A DNA stretch of 64,000 nucleotides from a virus. The stretch covers positions 1 through 64,000 of IMG/VR virus record IMGVR_UViG_3300036770_006434. One strand, written 5' to 3'. A model generated the notes under the pieces. It was not told the origin of the DNA. It made no database searches and saw only the letters and a program-made list of their open reading frames with translations. Shown here piece after piece: positions 12,461 through 24,754 of the stretch. Position numbers and translations under genes: made by a program. How positions within the stretch are numbered: the stretch's first letter is position 1; every line of letters begins with the position of its first letter.

Positions 12461-13465
12461 TCACTTCCGCGCGTCATAGTGCAGGTTAATCACCTTGAAC
12501 GACCCGCCGGCATGGTTGATAACGACGCCCTCAAACGGCTGCCCATCAATCGTTTCCAGTTCCTCACTGTAACGCTTGACCAGTTCCGGGGTGAGGATAA
12601 CGTCTTGCTGGATCATCGGGACGGTCGGCAACCCCAGTTGCGGCGCAAGGCGATGAATATACAAGGGGTGCCCCTTGGTGGCGTAACGTCGCTCGTCTAT
12701 CAGCCAAGTAGAGAAAAGGGCGAGCCCAACGGGTAGCTTGCTATGTGGATTGTGAGCCTTCGTCTGGATACCTTGGCCGTATTGCTCGCCGCGGACGCAG
12801 AGGGAGACGCCTTCATTGTCACGGCAAAACCGCTCCAACTTGGCAAGCACTCCATACCGCCGCTCGTTACGGATATAGTGGTTGTCGCTGGTTTCCTTGT
12901 AAAGGAACGAACGACCTCCAACTCCACGGGATACGTCCAAAACACCGGGTGAGACGTGGGATATGGCACAGAAGGCCGAAAATGACTGTCCGTCAATTTT
13001 CAGCGCCACATCCACAGACTGTCCATACGGAAGGTCGTCCACCGACTGCCACCGCTCTTCGTCAGTTTTTGGAATGCCGAATCCATACGGGCCGCTAGCG
13101 CTCAAGTCTTGCGGCGCAGGGGCTTCGTATTTGACAATGCCTAGCACGGCAGTGATGTCCAACCCCGGAGTGAGCGGGCCGGTGTAGCCCACGTTGACAG
13201 GGTCCTCAACAATGCCGAAACTGAAAACGCCGCGTAGCTTGATAGCCTTCACGCGGTTGCTGCGGGCCTTGTAGAATGTAGCCCACGGGGCGTCCGGTAA
13301 CACGCTGTCCGGCTCAATGAAGACGCAGAGGTCTCCGGCGCGCCACTTCCCGCGCGGCACAACGGCTTTGTAGCCCTTGATTTGGGCAATATCCAAAGAG
13401 TCGGCGTTAGGATGGGTGACAACCGACAGGATCGGTTGGATGGAGGCTAGGATAGAGGTGTCCAT
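12461..13465 (-). CDS. RNA ligase, DRB0094/Rnl5-like family
   Basis: N-terminal HPNADSLDIA...GDLCVFIEPDSVLP module, motif I KIDGQS, GEQYGQGIQ, C-terminal EGVV...SFKVIN. Confidence 0.85.
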   Translation of the reverse strand: MDTSILASIQPILSVVTHPNADSLDIAQIKGYKAVVPRGKWRAGDLCVFIEPDSVLPDAPWATFYKARSNRVKAIKLRGVFSFGIVEDPVNVGYTGPLTPGLDITAVLGIVKYEAPAPQDLSASGPYGFGIPKTDEERWQSVDDLPYGQSVDVALKIDGQSFSAFCAISHVSPGVLDVSRGVGGRSFLYKETSDNHYIRNERRYGVLAKLERFCRDNEGVSLCVRGEQYGQGIQTKAHNPHSKLPVGLALFSTWLIDERRYATKGHPLYIHRLAPQLGLPTVPMIQQDVILTPELVKRYSEELETIDGQPFEGVVINHAGGSFKVINLHYDARK

Positions 13466-13525
13466 AAAGAGGTGTTTGGTCTATGTGGGGGGATACTGCC
13501 ATGTCTGACACCAGATGTCAAGCAC

Positions 13526-15011
13526 CTAACACACGATTCCCTGCCGATACCACCCATCCACCGTCTCGCGCGCGGCTCGGATGGTCGCCGTCGGGGTTTG
13601 CTCACCATCGAGATCGACAATGGAGTAGCCGCGCCTCTTGCCGCTCCTCCGCTTGAGGCCGAACCCTCGGTAGTGCCAATACCCTTGGCGGACCTTGACA
13701 ATGGGATAGGTTCTAATAGAGCGCATAGCAAGGGAGCGTCGTTCTCAGACCTTGAACCTCGCCTTTTCCACCGGCTTACCGTCCACATACAGGGTATGCG
13801 CCCGATTCAGTTGACGTGCTAGGTCGCGCACCGCCGCGCCAGAGGTGGCGCCGTTCCCCGCGACACTGCTCCAACAGAATGTGTCCTCGGGACTGGTCCA
13901 CTGACTGGTCCACCAGAGGTCCATCCCATAGGCGTAATACAGGAAGGAGCGCCAACTCTTGGGCCTTCCATAGATGTGGGTAGCCACCCAGCGGGCGTCA
14001 TCTACCGGACGCTTCACAACAATGGCTTCCGTCCCGTGGGCGCGACAAAAGGACTGGACACTGACCGGGCGCGCGGCGGGGCGGCGACTGGGGGATTTGG
14101 TGGACTTCATGATGATTGAATGGGGGTATCGTATAGGGTAGCGCAGGATATGTCAAGCGCCATTCACTCGCCCCACCATTTCTTGGCCCTATCATCGGCT
14201 TCCAGCTCAATGATGCCGGCCTTGCGCAGGGCTTCCAATAGGGTAAAGCAGGCCATGGCGTCGGTCGATTCGTAGTCAATATCGTAAGCGCGCATCAGTT
14301 CGGTGTCGCCGGAACTGATAATGGCTACCTGCGTGGTAACCCCTTTGCGCTCTGACTCTACGGTGATCTTAGGTTTCATGAATTGCGGCCATAATGCAAG
14401 TTGTCGTCCCGCAGATCGGGAACGTTCGGCGAAGACTGTATGAGCACGCCTCGCGCTCCCCGTTGCCAGTGAGTGTTGTCGTCGCTTCGGTATTGGAGTG
14501 CCCCGCAACATTTGCAATTGCGTCCTCGCTGTGTTCCGGTCGGGAAGGCACACTTGTAGCTTTCCGCCATTTCAAATGTTTCCCATTGATGAAAGCCGTT
14601 TTTGCAGCTGCGGAAATATAGAATGATTTGCCAAAACCAAAGGGGTTTCTTTTCGCGGGTCATAACAGGAGGGAGATGGGCAGTGTAAGACAAGCGATAG
14701 CGTCAGGCAAGCACCTTCTGGCGCTCCTCCGTAATCTTCTCTTCGTCAAGGACCTCCAGCAAAAGGAGTTTTACCCCAACTGCCGTCACCTCATCGGTCA
14801 GCACCTCCACATAAGCCCGCGCTTCAATGAGCGACGCTTCTAGGACGCGATCCCGGGGAGAACCCGCCAAGGATAGCGCCCCGAAGAGGTGGTCCTCCAT
14901 GGCGGCCAACTGGACTTGGGCACTCTCTAGGTGGCCCAACAGGTAACGGTGCTCACGGGAGAGAAGCGCTTTGCGGGCGCGGCGGATAAGGGTAGAGACG
15001 AGGTTTGGCAT
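13526..15011 (-). other. Five short hypothetical genes, several with their own TTGACA promoter
   Basis: ORFs 13526-13726, 13745-14110, 14164-14379, 14376-14664, 14703-15011; e.g. TTGACA-N17-TACGAT upstream of 14110. Confidence 0.6.
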
Positions 15012-15047
15012 AACGGATCAGAAGATAACCGATGATGGGGTGCCCTG

Positions 15048-16094
15048 TCAAGGGGTTTCCGACAGAAAAGGCACGCACCTCTCTCGGATAAGCGGCACAT
15101 AGTCGGCATTCAGTTCGCAGACAACAGCGCTACATCCGTGCTGCAATGCTACGGCGGCGGTAGTGCCTGAGCCGCCAAAAGGGTCAAGGACGGTGTCTCC
15201 TGCGCGGGCGCAGGATTTGACGCATGGTTCGATAAGGGTAGCCGGGAAGACGGCGAAGTGCGCACCTTTGTAGGGCTTGGTATTGACGATGAACGCTAGA
15301 GGGTCACCCTCTTCGTCTTGAAGCATCCCTTGCCAGCTCTCGAAGAACCAGTCGCCGGAGCGGCGAGTGCGCTTCCCTCCCGTCTGCTCTCCGCTGGCGC
15401 GGTGACGCTGTTGGCTGTTAGGATCGTCTCTATTCGGACGCTTTGCCGCCGTGGCGGTGCTGGCAGAGTGGGAATTGTTCGAGGCGTTTACCTTGACCGC
15501 TTCGGCATCGTAGTGATACCTCTCGCTCTTGGTGAGCATGTAGAGCGTCTCGATGGTTTGGCTAGGACGGTCCTTGACGCTCTCAGGCATCCCATTACGT
15601 TTGATCCAAGGGCAAGCTGCACGCAGATACCAGCCGTCCGCTTGAAGCGCGATAGCGACCCGCGCCGGGATCATCAAGAGGTCCTTCGGTTTGAGCCCTT
15701 CCGCGTTGGCTCGGGCGGAATCTGCCCCAACCGACGAAGCGCGGTTGGTTTGCTGCTTATACCCGATGCGCGTCCCATGCCCTACGCGCCCCGCCGCATT
15801 GTAGCTATCCCCAAGGTTGAGCCAAAGCACCCCGTCTTCCTTGAGCACTCGCTTTACCTCACGAAACACCTCAACCATCGTCTTGACGTAGGCATCAGGT
15901 GTCTGTTCTGCGCCAATCTCAGCGGCCTTCGCCGGGTCATCACTCTTGAGGTATGACCGTAGCCCGTAATACGGCGGGCTGGTCACACAACACTGGACGC
16001 TATTGTCTGGCAGCGTTTTGAGTGCTTTCAGGCAATCGTCGTTGAGGATAGTCAGCGTGGGGTTGGGCTTTTCGATAGTGGATATATTGTCCAT
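15048..16094 (-). CDS. DNA methyltransferase, beta class (N4-C/N6-A)
   Basis: Catalytic VTSPPYYG precedes SAM-binding VLDPFGGSGTT; HFAVFP motif. Confidence 0.92.
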   Translation of the reverse strand: MDNISTIEKPNPTLTILNDDCLKALKTLPDNSVQCCVTSPPYYGLRSYLKSDDPAKAAEIGAEQTPDAYVKTMVEVFREVKRVLKEDGVLWLNLGDSYNAAGRVGHGTRIGYKQQTNRASSVGADSARANAEGLKPKDLLMIPARVAIALQADGWYLRAACPWIKRNGMPESVKDRPSQTIETLYMLTKSERYHYDAEAVKVNASNNSHSASTATAAKRPNRDDPNSQQRHRASGEQTGGKRTRRSGDWFFESWQGMLQDEEGDPLAFIVNTKPYKGAHFAVFPATLIEPCVKSCARAGDTVLDPFGGSGTTAAVALQHGCSAVVCELNADYVPLIRERCVPFLSETP

Positions 16095-17152
16095 AGAGTG
16101 TTGTCTGTGATGTCAAAGGGTTTCCGCACTGCGCCGCGCTTTTGCCAATGCCCGCGCTGCTATGGCGCTAATCTCCATAAACTTGGCCCACACTTCAGGC
16201 CACGTCTTGATGGCTGCCGGTCCGTAGAGCGCGATACAGTGTGCTTTTGTGCTGATGTCCTTCAGAGCATCGCGCATATCATCGGTGGACGACAGGGGCA
16301 ACGGTATATCAGCTTCCTCACGCCATTGGCGTCCGTAATGACGCAAACGGATCAGTCGCTCCGTCAAATCCTCGATCTCAGCGCGCAGCCCGGTTTCCTG
16401 TTCCTCCTTGGTGATGTGCTGCACCCCATACTCCAGATAGCTAATACGCGCCTCTACTTCCATTACCCAAACGTCGGCTTCCTGTATGGACCCGAACCAT
16501 TTCGCGTGACACGGGGGTTGGTAGTAGTCCGTAGACCCATCCCCGTGCCAGACCGCCCAGCCGTCGGGGCCGCAGTCCATTATGCAAATTCGATTATCGG
16601 CGCTCATGTGGAGGTAGGTTCGGTTTCACGCCACTCTCGCGGCTTCCCTTGGGCGTCCTCCAACTCGGTTTGCGCCGAGGAAAAGTTCTTCCCACAGGTG
16701 TTGCACCTGACAGAATGAGTCACCCGATTGAGTCCACCCCCGACAGCGCGACCCTCGCGGTCATATTCCAGTGGGGACCACATGCAGGTGGACATAGTGG
16801 CTCCATGCGCAAAGCGGCAATCGGTCCGATCAGTCGGGCATTCGGGGTATTTCATGGCGAGGTAACGGAATTGAGTATAGCCCCATACCCGTCAGGCCCA
16901 AGGAGGGCTACCAGCTCGGAGGCGCGGTAGGTGGTTTTGAATACTTCGTCGTTCATTTGATGTCGGCAGTATTGAGTTGGTTCGCGATATGCTCGGCGGC
17001 TTCCCAGTCATCGCCACAGTGACAGCAGTGCAATCGGAATGGATCGCCCGCTTTCGTCGTTATCCACGGCGAGAGCACGACCCAACCTTCGGGGGTCAGA
17101 TGCACGGCGGAGAACCTTGAGCCGGCCGCGGGATGAGGGGTGTCGCTTGATG

Positions 17153-17668
17153 TCATGGCCCCTTTCTACGCAATACCCTGACACAGTGATTGAACCGGGA
17201 TACCGAAACTTGGGTGCGCCACTTGGAGTCGGCCAACTCCACGGCTGCCGCATCGTAAGCGCGCCAAGAGAGTGCTCGCCTAAAATTGGTGAACCGATGG
17301 AAGCCAGTCCTCCCGGTGGTGAACGCCACGGAGAGTGCCACCAGTTGAATATCCTTCGGCAGATCATCAAACCGGCGAACCCCGGCGCGGCACGCGTCTA
17401 AGGCCCATGACAGGTCGGCGGCGAAATAGCGCTCAATCTGGGTGGGGCTGTATCTGGCGCGCGGGACTTCTCCATTGGCAGTCAGGGAATGGCCGATGCC
17501 TACGCTGTAGTGTCCTGCGGGACCATCACGGTAAGGTGTCGTCTTATACCCTTCCCATTGAACGAGATAGGTGCGTGCCTCGGAGTAGGTTACCGGCACG
17601 GCGCGGCAGATGGAAGTAGCCGCGAACAGGAGGGCTACGGTCAGGAAACGATGCATAGATACCAGCAT
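17153..17668 (-). CDS. GH24-like lysozyme with N-terminal signal/TM segment
   Basis: EGYKTTPYRD....YSVGIGH catalytic region, F..F..A.....Y..AA.EL..SKW..QV..R C-terminus, hydrophobic N-terminus. Confidence 0.8.
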   Translation of the reverse strand: MLVSMHRFLTVALLFAATSICRAVPVTYSEARTYLVQWEGYKTTPYRDGPAGHYSVGIGHSLTANGEVPRARYSPTQIERYFAADLSWALDACRAGVRRFDDLPKDIQLVALSVAFTTGRTGFHRFTNFRRALSWRAYDAAAVELADSKWRTQVSVSRFNHCVRVLRRKGP

Positions 17669-18071
17669 AGAGCGTCTGCGCGCCGAAGTCAAGCGTTTTC
17701 CCGCTCTTTTCGGTCGGCATAGTCCCGCAGGGACTCTACCAGTTTTGCCGCAGCTACAACGGTGTCATATCCCTTGGTGCCGCGCGGGATGGTGATAAAC
17801 TCAGTGTAAAGCGGCTCGGACATGAGGCAAACAACGATACGAAACCGATTGATGGACACAAACCGATAGTGCTCATCCTCCCAAAGGTGGATGAGATAAC
17901 CATTGTCATCTTTCGTGGAATACGGGGCTGGTCGCGCCATAGCGGCGAGCAGGCCGCCGGGGGCCTTGGAAGTGAAGCGGAACCCGTAAACCAAGCAATG
18001 GGCTAGACAGGCCATCAGAGCGACCACGGTAAAGGAGCCGATTACCAAAGCTGGGAAGTGGAAGTATGGGG

Positions 18072-18550
18072 TCACGGTTTGTTGGCGCCGGACTTGGAGG
18101 AGTCGGCGTCGTCCTTGGGCTTGGCTTCCCAGAGGACAATATGGTCTCCACAAGTGATAAAAAAACCGATCCACGCTATGGGGCCTAACACAAAAGTAAA
18201 GAGTGACACAAAAAGAGTTTGAAGCGTTATACGCTGCTCGCCCTTGAGGACCAGAATATAAGAGGCGGTAGCTCCGAGTGTCGCCCATGAGACGACAAGT
18301 AGGAATGCAAACAGTGTGTAGGCCATAAAGTGTGTTGCTATCACTCCTCGCCGCGCCCGCGGTCGCGGTCGGCCCACGCCCACACCGCAACGCAGACCCA
18401 CCAGACGGGACCGGCCGCGAAATCGCGCCAGATCGGGACAGGCGGCATATTGACTAACGGCAGGGTCCCGATATATCGCAGTATCCACGCGAATCCGAGG
18501 ACGGACCAGACGAATATCGCCAAAACGAAAATTGCGAACGCCATGGACAT
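18072..18550 (-). CDS. two small membrane proteins (about 18072-18325 and 18341-18550)
   Basis: Each has two hydrophobic segments; close to the lysozyme. Confidence 0.5.
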
Positions 18551-18902
18551 AGGGGTAGACCTTATTCCGATTGACTCTCTCGCGTCAACAGCTCCGAAAG
18601 GTAGATGACCGCGCCCTTTTGCGCGTTCGTCACGTCCTTGCCGCCGTTAATGTAGAACATGGAGTTGTAGTCGCGGCGATATACCTTGGACTTCCGCGTG
18701 TCGCCGTGGCGGCGGGCGGGCGTGAGTTTGGGGCCACGGGTCTTTTTGTCGGCCTTGGCGGCGGTTTTGGCGGCAGTTTTGATGGAAGTCTCCTGATTCT
18801 CGGTGGTCATGGTATGGTATTCGTGATTTGCAAAAGTGTGCGGGCTATTGGGTAAACAGCCACCCGCCGGGCTGGAGCTATCCTATGTGAACTGCCGGAA
18901 GA

Positions 18903-19007
18903 TTACTGGTCCGCAGTCGGAGCGGCGGCCTCAACCTTGGCGGTCTTGGCCCGCGCCTTGGCGGGAGTCTTCTTCTTGGCGGTGGTCTTTTTGTTGTTTT
19001 TGGCCAT
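18903..19007 (-). CDS. 34-aa Lys/Ala-rich histone-H1-like microprotein
   Basis: Not in ORF track: MAKNNKKTTAKKKTPAKARAKTAKVEAAAPTADQ*. Confidence 0.6.
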   Translation of the reverse strand: MAKNNKKTTAKKKTPAKARAKTAKVEAAAPTADQ

Positions 19008-19032
19008 GGGAAAAGTGAATAAAATACAAAGA

Positions 19033-19488
19033 CTAGGCAGCTATCTTTGCGCGCTTCGCCATTCGGTCATAGAGCACGACATTGACGCAAGAAGCCAAAT
19101 TCATGCATACCCTTGTCGGTATCATAACGCGACGCGGACACCATGAAAGAACACGTTCGCCAAGCGTATTATCCTCCGCTCCAAAAACGTAGAATGCTCG
19201 TTCCGGGTGAACGAAATCAACCAAAGATTTGGCGTCCTCAACGAGTTCAACGGCGACCGGGATACAGTCATAGGGAACTACGTCATGAAGGTCATCCACT
19301 TGAAGCATGGGCATATGTCTCCACTGTGCCATGGTGTCGCAAGCATGTTTTTTGTAACGCATACCACTGACGGCAAGCATGGCGGCATCATAACAACCAC
19401 AGGCGCGCAAAACGCCAGCGATATTTGCGGGTGTCTTTGGGTTGTCAAGACCTATTGCGCAATAACCTCTTGAAAAATTGCTTTTCAT
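19033..19488 (-). CDS. TrmH/SpoU-family RNA 2'-O-methyltransferase
   Basis: LDNPKTPANIAGVLRAC, YVFGAED, IPTRVCMNLASCVNVVLYDR. Confidence 0.88.
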   Translation of the reverse strand: MKSNFSRGYCAIGLDNPKTPANIAGVLRACGCYDAAMLAVSGMRYKKHACDTMAQWRHMPMLQVDDLHDVVPYDCIPVAVELVEDAKSLVDFVHPERAFYVFGAEDNTLGERVLSWCPRRVMIPTRVCMNLASCVNVVLYDRMAKRAKIAA

Positions 19489-19499
19489 TTGTAAATGGT

Positions 19500-20474
19500 T
19501 TACCGCATTTCCCCGTGCAGTATCCGGGTCCGGTAATTGCGGTCAAACAGTTTCATCAGATTCGCCGCCATAGTAGCATCTATGGAGAATCCGTCAAGCC
19601 ATTTTCGGACAATCTTTCGGGCTGTCCCTACCTTGGCCATTTCCGCCAAGTCTTTGCGCTTAATCTCGGGCTCCAACACCAGCCCGGCCGCTGCGAAGTC
19701 CGCCATCTTGCACGTCCATTTGTCCAGCAGCCATGCGACTGCCGCCAGTTCTGCGGGATTTTCCACCATTCGGATGAAACGAAACTCAAACGTGTAATAC
19801 GTGTTTTTGAGCCCGTTCATGAACCGGGGGCGGATAGAGACATTGTTATGGACAGATTCAAAGAACAGATCGTCTTTGGTCAGCTTCTTTTTCCCGATAT
19901 TCTTGGCGGTCACCAGACATTCGCTGTTATGATTGTCGGACCATTCCGCCAAGAGCCAGCGGATGTAGGGGCGATTCGCAAAGTCAATCACCATATTCCG
20001 ATGGAATAACTCCATGGCCTTATACCATTGGACGGATTCCGAGAACATGGAAGGCTGTATATGAATGTGGCAACCTCCCGTGGGATAGGTCTTTGCAATA
20101 CGCCGGCCATTTTTGACGACATTTCGGGTCACAGACGGGACCAACCCATGGGATTCCCGCAAAACCGTGAAGATTTTCTCAAGGACTGGCATGAAAATAG
20201 CGTTGGACTCGTCTTTATCGGTGAGCCAGTGCGTTTCCAACGGCCGGATGGGCTGCGTCACTTCCACGCACCAAGAATACGCACTCTTGATGTCGCCGTA
20301 GGTGGAAAGGTGGAAGGGCTCTGTCTTGGCCTCAAACAGGAAAACGGCGACATCCGAGAGGTTGCGGATAGATTCGTTCACCTCTTTGACCACGGCTTCC
20401 ACCTTTTCGAGAGAGGTAAAGCAATAGGGCGCGGTTGAAGGGATGAACGTGAGTTCTGGGGAGAAGGTGGCCAT
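19500..20474 (-). CDS. putative amidoligase (COOH-NH2 ligase fold)
   Basis: FSPELTF, VEVTQPI, TGGCHIHI, TFEFRF motifs. Confidence 0.6.
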   Translation of the reverse strand: MATFSPELTFIPSTAPYCFTSLEKVEAVVKEVNESIRNLSDVAVFLFEAKTEPFHLSTYGDIKSAYSWCVEVTQPIRPLETHWLTDKDESNAIFMPVLEKIFTVLRESHGLVPSVTRNVVKNGRRIAKTYPTGGCHIHIQPSMFSESVQWYKAMELFHRNMVIDFANRPYIRWLLAEWSDNHNSECLVTAKNIGKKKLTKDDLFFESVHNNVSIRPRFMNGLKNTYYTFEFRFIRMVENPAELAAVAWLLDKWTCKMADFAAAGLVLEPEIKRKDLAEMAKVGTARKIVRKWLDGFSIDATMAANLMKLFDRNYRTRILHGEMR

Positions 20475-20659
20475 TTCGGAACAGACTATGCCCTATCACT
20501 TGACGGAAGTCAATCAGAAATCAAGGCTATCTTCGTCCTCTTCGCTCAAAAACAGGTCCATGACGAATTCAACCGTTGTAAATACGGCAAAAGCCACGGT
20601 CAAAACGATAAGTCCGGCGCAGGTTTCGAGAAATCGGAGAGTAGATTTGACCATTTTGC

Positions 20660-23600
20660 TCACTCCCCCGAGGACTCTGCCCGGCCCGGCGTGGCAACCG
20701 AGTAAATGGGTGCCATACTCTTGGCGCGCTCCATCACGAGGCCGGTCGTTTTGATGTGATTCACCATGAAGTGGTTCGCTCTTTCCTCCGCCAGTTTCGC
20801 GACCAGTTCCTCATTCCATTGGTGCGAAACCTCTTCCGTCTCGGGATCGCGGGTGACGGTAATCTCAACTTCCCGGCGGGCGACTATCTCCCAAGCCATT
20901 TGAGAAACGAGGCCCTTCAATACTTTGCCCCTGTTTTTGGGGCAAACATACGCGCGGGTTCCCTTGAATCCGTCCACCCACCCGTTTAGGATGGATGATC
21001 GGGAGATGACCGAGCGGTTGACTGACCAATTGAACCAACGCTCAATGAAGGGTTGGGGACCAGTGAAGACAAGGGCTAGACCGGCACCGTAAGGGATGAG
21101 GTGTAGCTCCCCGTTTTTGGCGTCTTCTTCAAGGGAGATAAAATCGGTGGATTGGAGCATGGTCAGGGTTTGGCGTTAATAGGTTTGAGTGCGTTCTAGT
21201 GTGATTGATACGTCTAGGTTTTTCGGGTAGTGCGCTTTTGTCAGAATCGAAAACATTGAGGCCGCAACTTCGCCGTCGCTGCCGTCCTTGCAAAAGGCGA
21301 TTTCCGCTCGGCGGATGATATCGCGCAGTCGTTTATTTTCGCAATATAGCATGTCTGCCAGTTCGCTGATGCTGGGCACATAGTAGCTGTCGCCCTCGAC
21401 CTCGTGCTCGGCGCGGCCAACGGCGCGGCAGAGATTTTGCAGATGCGTGTGGTCCGCAGCCCATTCCTCGCAGGCGCTGCGATTTATCGTCCGCAGTCGC
21501 TCGATTTCCGCGACCGCATTGGTCAGTAGCTCGGATGTCTTTCGGGCGCACGCATCTTCTCCGAGCGAATCCTCGACCTTTTTCCATTCGGCTGCATCCT
21601 CGCGCATCGCCGCGAGAAGGTCCGAACTCGGTTCGTGATTTGCAGCAGTTTCCATTTTTCAAGGCTTCCGTTTTAGAAAACATTCATCCAAAGTCCGACG
21701 AAACGCTTCGCCGTTCTTCTTCCCCGAGGCCCCGGCGGTATCCTCGAACCCGTATTCCACGATATCCGTGTCCCCGCCGCTGGCTGCGTCCATCTGTCGG
21801 CCATAGAACTCTTCCGCCAGATGCGTGATTTGCCCCTCCTTGATGAGGTAGGACGGCAAATGGATTGATACCGTAAAATTGGAGGAGCCCATGGAATCAG
21901 TCCGTTTTGTCGTCGGGTTTCGCCGCTTTAACCGAGGAGATTACCGCGCCTTCAATCTCGCGGTTAAACCGCTCCCAAGTCAGGTTGTCTCTGGCTTTTT
22001 GATCCAGAACCCATTCCTCCATTTCCTCGCGCAAATCTTGTCTCACGATATAACGGCCAAAATCCCAGCGCCACAACTCGAAAACCGTATATGAAAAGGG
22101 CCATATCGCAGACAGGTCCATAGACGTTTGCTCGTCCTGATTCGTCATAATCACCCAGTATGAACCCATAATGGAATGGCGCTCTGTCTTCCAGAGAATC
22201 CAGTGGATTCGGATGGCAAAAACCAAGGCAGCTACGAATAGAACGGCTAAGAGTTGGAACGGTATGGACATGGTCAGTTTATGGTCGAACGGGTTTATAT
22301 CTCGGCATAGCCGAAGAGTCAATCCAAATGTCGAAAAGAGTCGCGGGAATCACTCCCCGCTCTGCTCTTCTTCCATGTTCTTGCGGAATTCCCGGAAAAT
22401 GGCCGGGTTTTTATCCAGCTCCAGCTGAATCCTGTTTTGGATATTGGAAATGAGCCCGCGCGTCTTATTGGCTTCCATCTGCACGTTTTTTTTGACTTTT
22501 ATCAGTTTATGCAGGCGGTGCTGGGCCATTTTCAATTCCGAACCCAAGAACTGGACCGTTTGTTCGGCCGTCAGGTTGTCTTGGGCAGATTCCTTGGAAG
22601 AGTCGGATTTATCCACGATACATGGAGTTACACTTGGCTTTTCGGGATTTCTTTGGGTCAGAGGGAAGAATTTTCAGTTCCGGTTTCTGGGGTTGTAAAT
22701 CTCTTCGGAAGCGCCGTCGGCGTATTCGCAAAAGGCGTTGCCACCATAAGCCTTGGCGGTGTAAAGCGCGTATTTCCGGGCATTTGCGACGCCGAGACCG
22801 GTGTTATAGCCGACTCGGGGAGAATCCCAGAATTCAACAAAAAATCGAAGCGGGGGACTGGATTGGTGATTGGAGGACATATTGGTTTGGAACATCTTTG
22901 GTCAGCGGACCTTCTCTGTGATGACGGATTTCAGGTATTCGACTTCTTCCCGGTTTTTGTCGTCAAAATAGGCGGTAATCCCGATAATGGGATTGTTACG
23001 TTCGCCGCAGACGGAGACGAACAGGTCTACCGGCAGCTTCTTCTTGAAGGTCTGCAAATAGGAGGTTTCCAACATCTCAATCAGTTGGGACACCTGTTTG
23101 GTGGCGTTGTGGCCGGAAGCCTCGTGAATTAGGGCTCGGTTGGGTTTGTCGGGCATATAAATCAGTTTTTGGGCAGTTCGTTGAAGGCGATTTCTTGGAC
23201 GAGGACCGGGGTCCGGGTTTTGACCCGAGTCACCTTGCCGGGCTCCTTGTAAAACTTGGCCGGGACATTCTCCAGAGTTTCCCCGATGGTCTTGACGGGC
23301 ACACGCTTGCCCTTCTTGGAGCCGTTAAACGCATTGGCGGCGGCCACGACACGGTCGAAGGCGACTGCGGGGCTGGCGGACTCTTCGATTTGCATGACCC
23401 AGCCGACCTGATCCTTGCCGGCGACCTGACCGGGTGCGGGCTTGGAGACAAGGACCACAAACTGGGTCTTGTTCTTCTGCTTGGGGGCGTTCGCTTTCTC
23501 GGCGGCCTCCTCGGCTTTGGCCTTTTTCAGGTCCGAGACCGTTTTTTCGATCAGTTCGGGAGTCGCGCCGTTTTCACGGAGAGACTGGACAGTGAGGGAG

Positions 23601-24241
23601 ATGAATTCGTCGGTAGACATATGATTTGTGCAGGTTTCTTAGTTCGCGGTCATTGTAGATGATTCTGTTCCATTGTCAAGGGATTTGCGGGAAATCTCCT
23701 CCAGCTTGTCCAGCGCCTCAATCTGGTCTGCGGCACTCATCTTGGACAGATTCCGGGAAAATGCCTGAAACATGGAGTCCTTGACCCCGTTCATCTGGTC
23801 GCCGGGGAACTGGCGGTCAACGATGGAATGGAGTCGGGTCAGGTTTTGGCGGGTTCGCTTGGCGGTTTTGTGGGACATGGGAGAAGGTGTTTTACTTGCG
23901 GGAGCGCTTGAAGTAGTAGCGGATGACAGCAGGCCAGTTTGTGCTCATGTCGGGTGGGGGCTCGACAGTGCCGATAATGCCGCATAACTCCCAGCCGTCT
24001 GGCCCGAAATTCTCATGCAGTTCTTTGTAAAGGTCATCTCCACCGTAGCGGTATTCAACGCGGTAATCCCAGTGCAAGTATTTAGGCTTGGGTTTTTGTC
24101 TTGTTTTAGGCATGGTGGGAGTGGTTCAGAGCATCGGCAAAAACGGCCAGATGAAGTCAATTGCGATAGCCGCGCCGATCAGGATGTAGACAATCCCCAT
24201 AAGAACGGAGAAAGTGGCGAAGATCATGAAGAAGACTAGGC
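20660..24241 (-). other. Run of about 10 hypothetical genes
   Basis: ORFs 20660-21160, 21176-21655, 21659-21892, 21897-22322, 22350-22616, 22674-22895, 22902-23156, 23162-23620, 23639-23878, 23892-24113. Confidence 0.65.
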
Positions 24242-24250
24242 GGATTTTGC

Positions 24251-24754
24251 TCATTTCACACCCTTTTCCCACTCCACGACAGTGCAGGGCACCGGGGACT
24301 GGTAGAAAATGTCCTCGACCATGGCCTGAATGACCAGTGCCGAGCCTCCAGCCAATCCGCCACCGATCCATTGCGGCAGGCCAAGGTGCCAGACTCGACC
24401 TTGGGAATGTGCTATGGCCAGAAGGGACTTGATATCGGACAGCCCCGAGTAAAGGGCCTCATAATCCAATTGGCGCTTGTCCGTGCCAACCTTCTCTTGG
24501 GTGACGAGCCAGATGATTCGGCGCTTGGTCTCGCCCTCGGTCACATCGGAAACGTGATAGCTGCCTAAAGCGGCCTGCCCGAGTGCTCCCGCTTTACAGA
24601 AGAGTCTATATTCCTCGGCGGCTGTCGGGTAACGCTTGGCGATTTGCGCGGCAATCCCCGCGCCATGCAGCCCCAAGGAGTTGCAGCCGTGGCAGATGAC
24701 ATTGATCCCCGCCGGCCACTGCAACAGATCGCCTTTGATGTAGGTAATGGGCAT
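24251..24754 (-). CDS. Macro domain (ADP-ribose binding/processing) protein
   Basis: IKGDLL...ICHGCNSLGLHGAGIAAQIAKRYP...LPQWIGGGLAGG. Confidence 0.88.
   Translation of the reverse strand: MPITYIKGDLLQWPAGINVICHGCNSLGLHGAGIAAQIAKRYPTAAEEYRLFCKAGALGQAALGSYHVSDVTEGETKRRIIWLVTQEKVGTDKRQLDYEALYSGLSDIKSLLAIAHSQGRVWHLGLPQWIGGGLAGGSALVIQAMVEDIFYQSPVPCTVVEWEKGVK

Noticed and set aside
21600-21660. Additional attC remnants here and near 36420 and 36660
   Set aside because: Only half-site resemblance; no complementary arm or intact AAC/GTT cores found.
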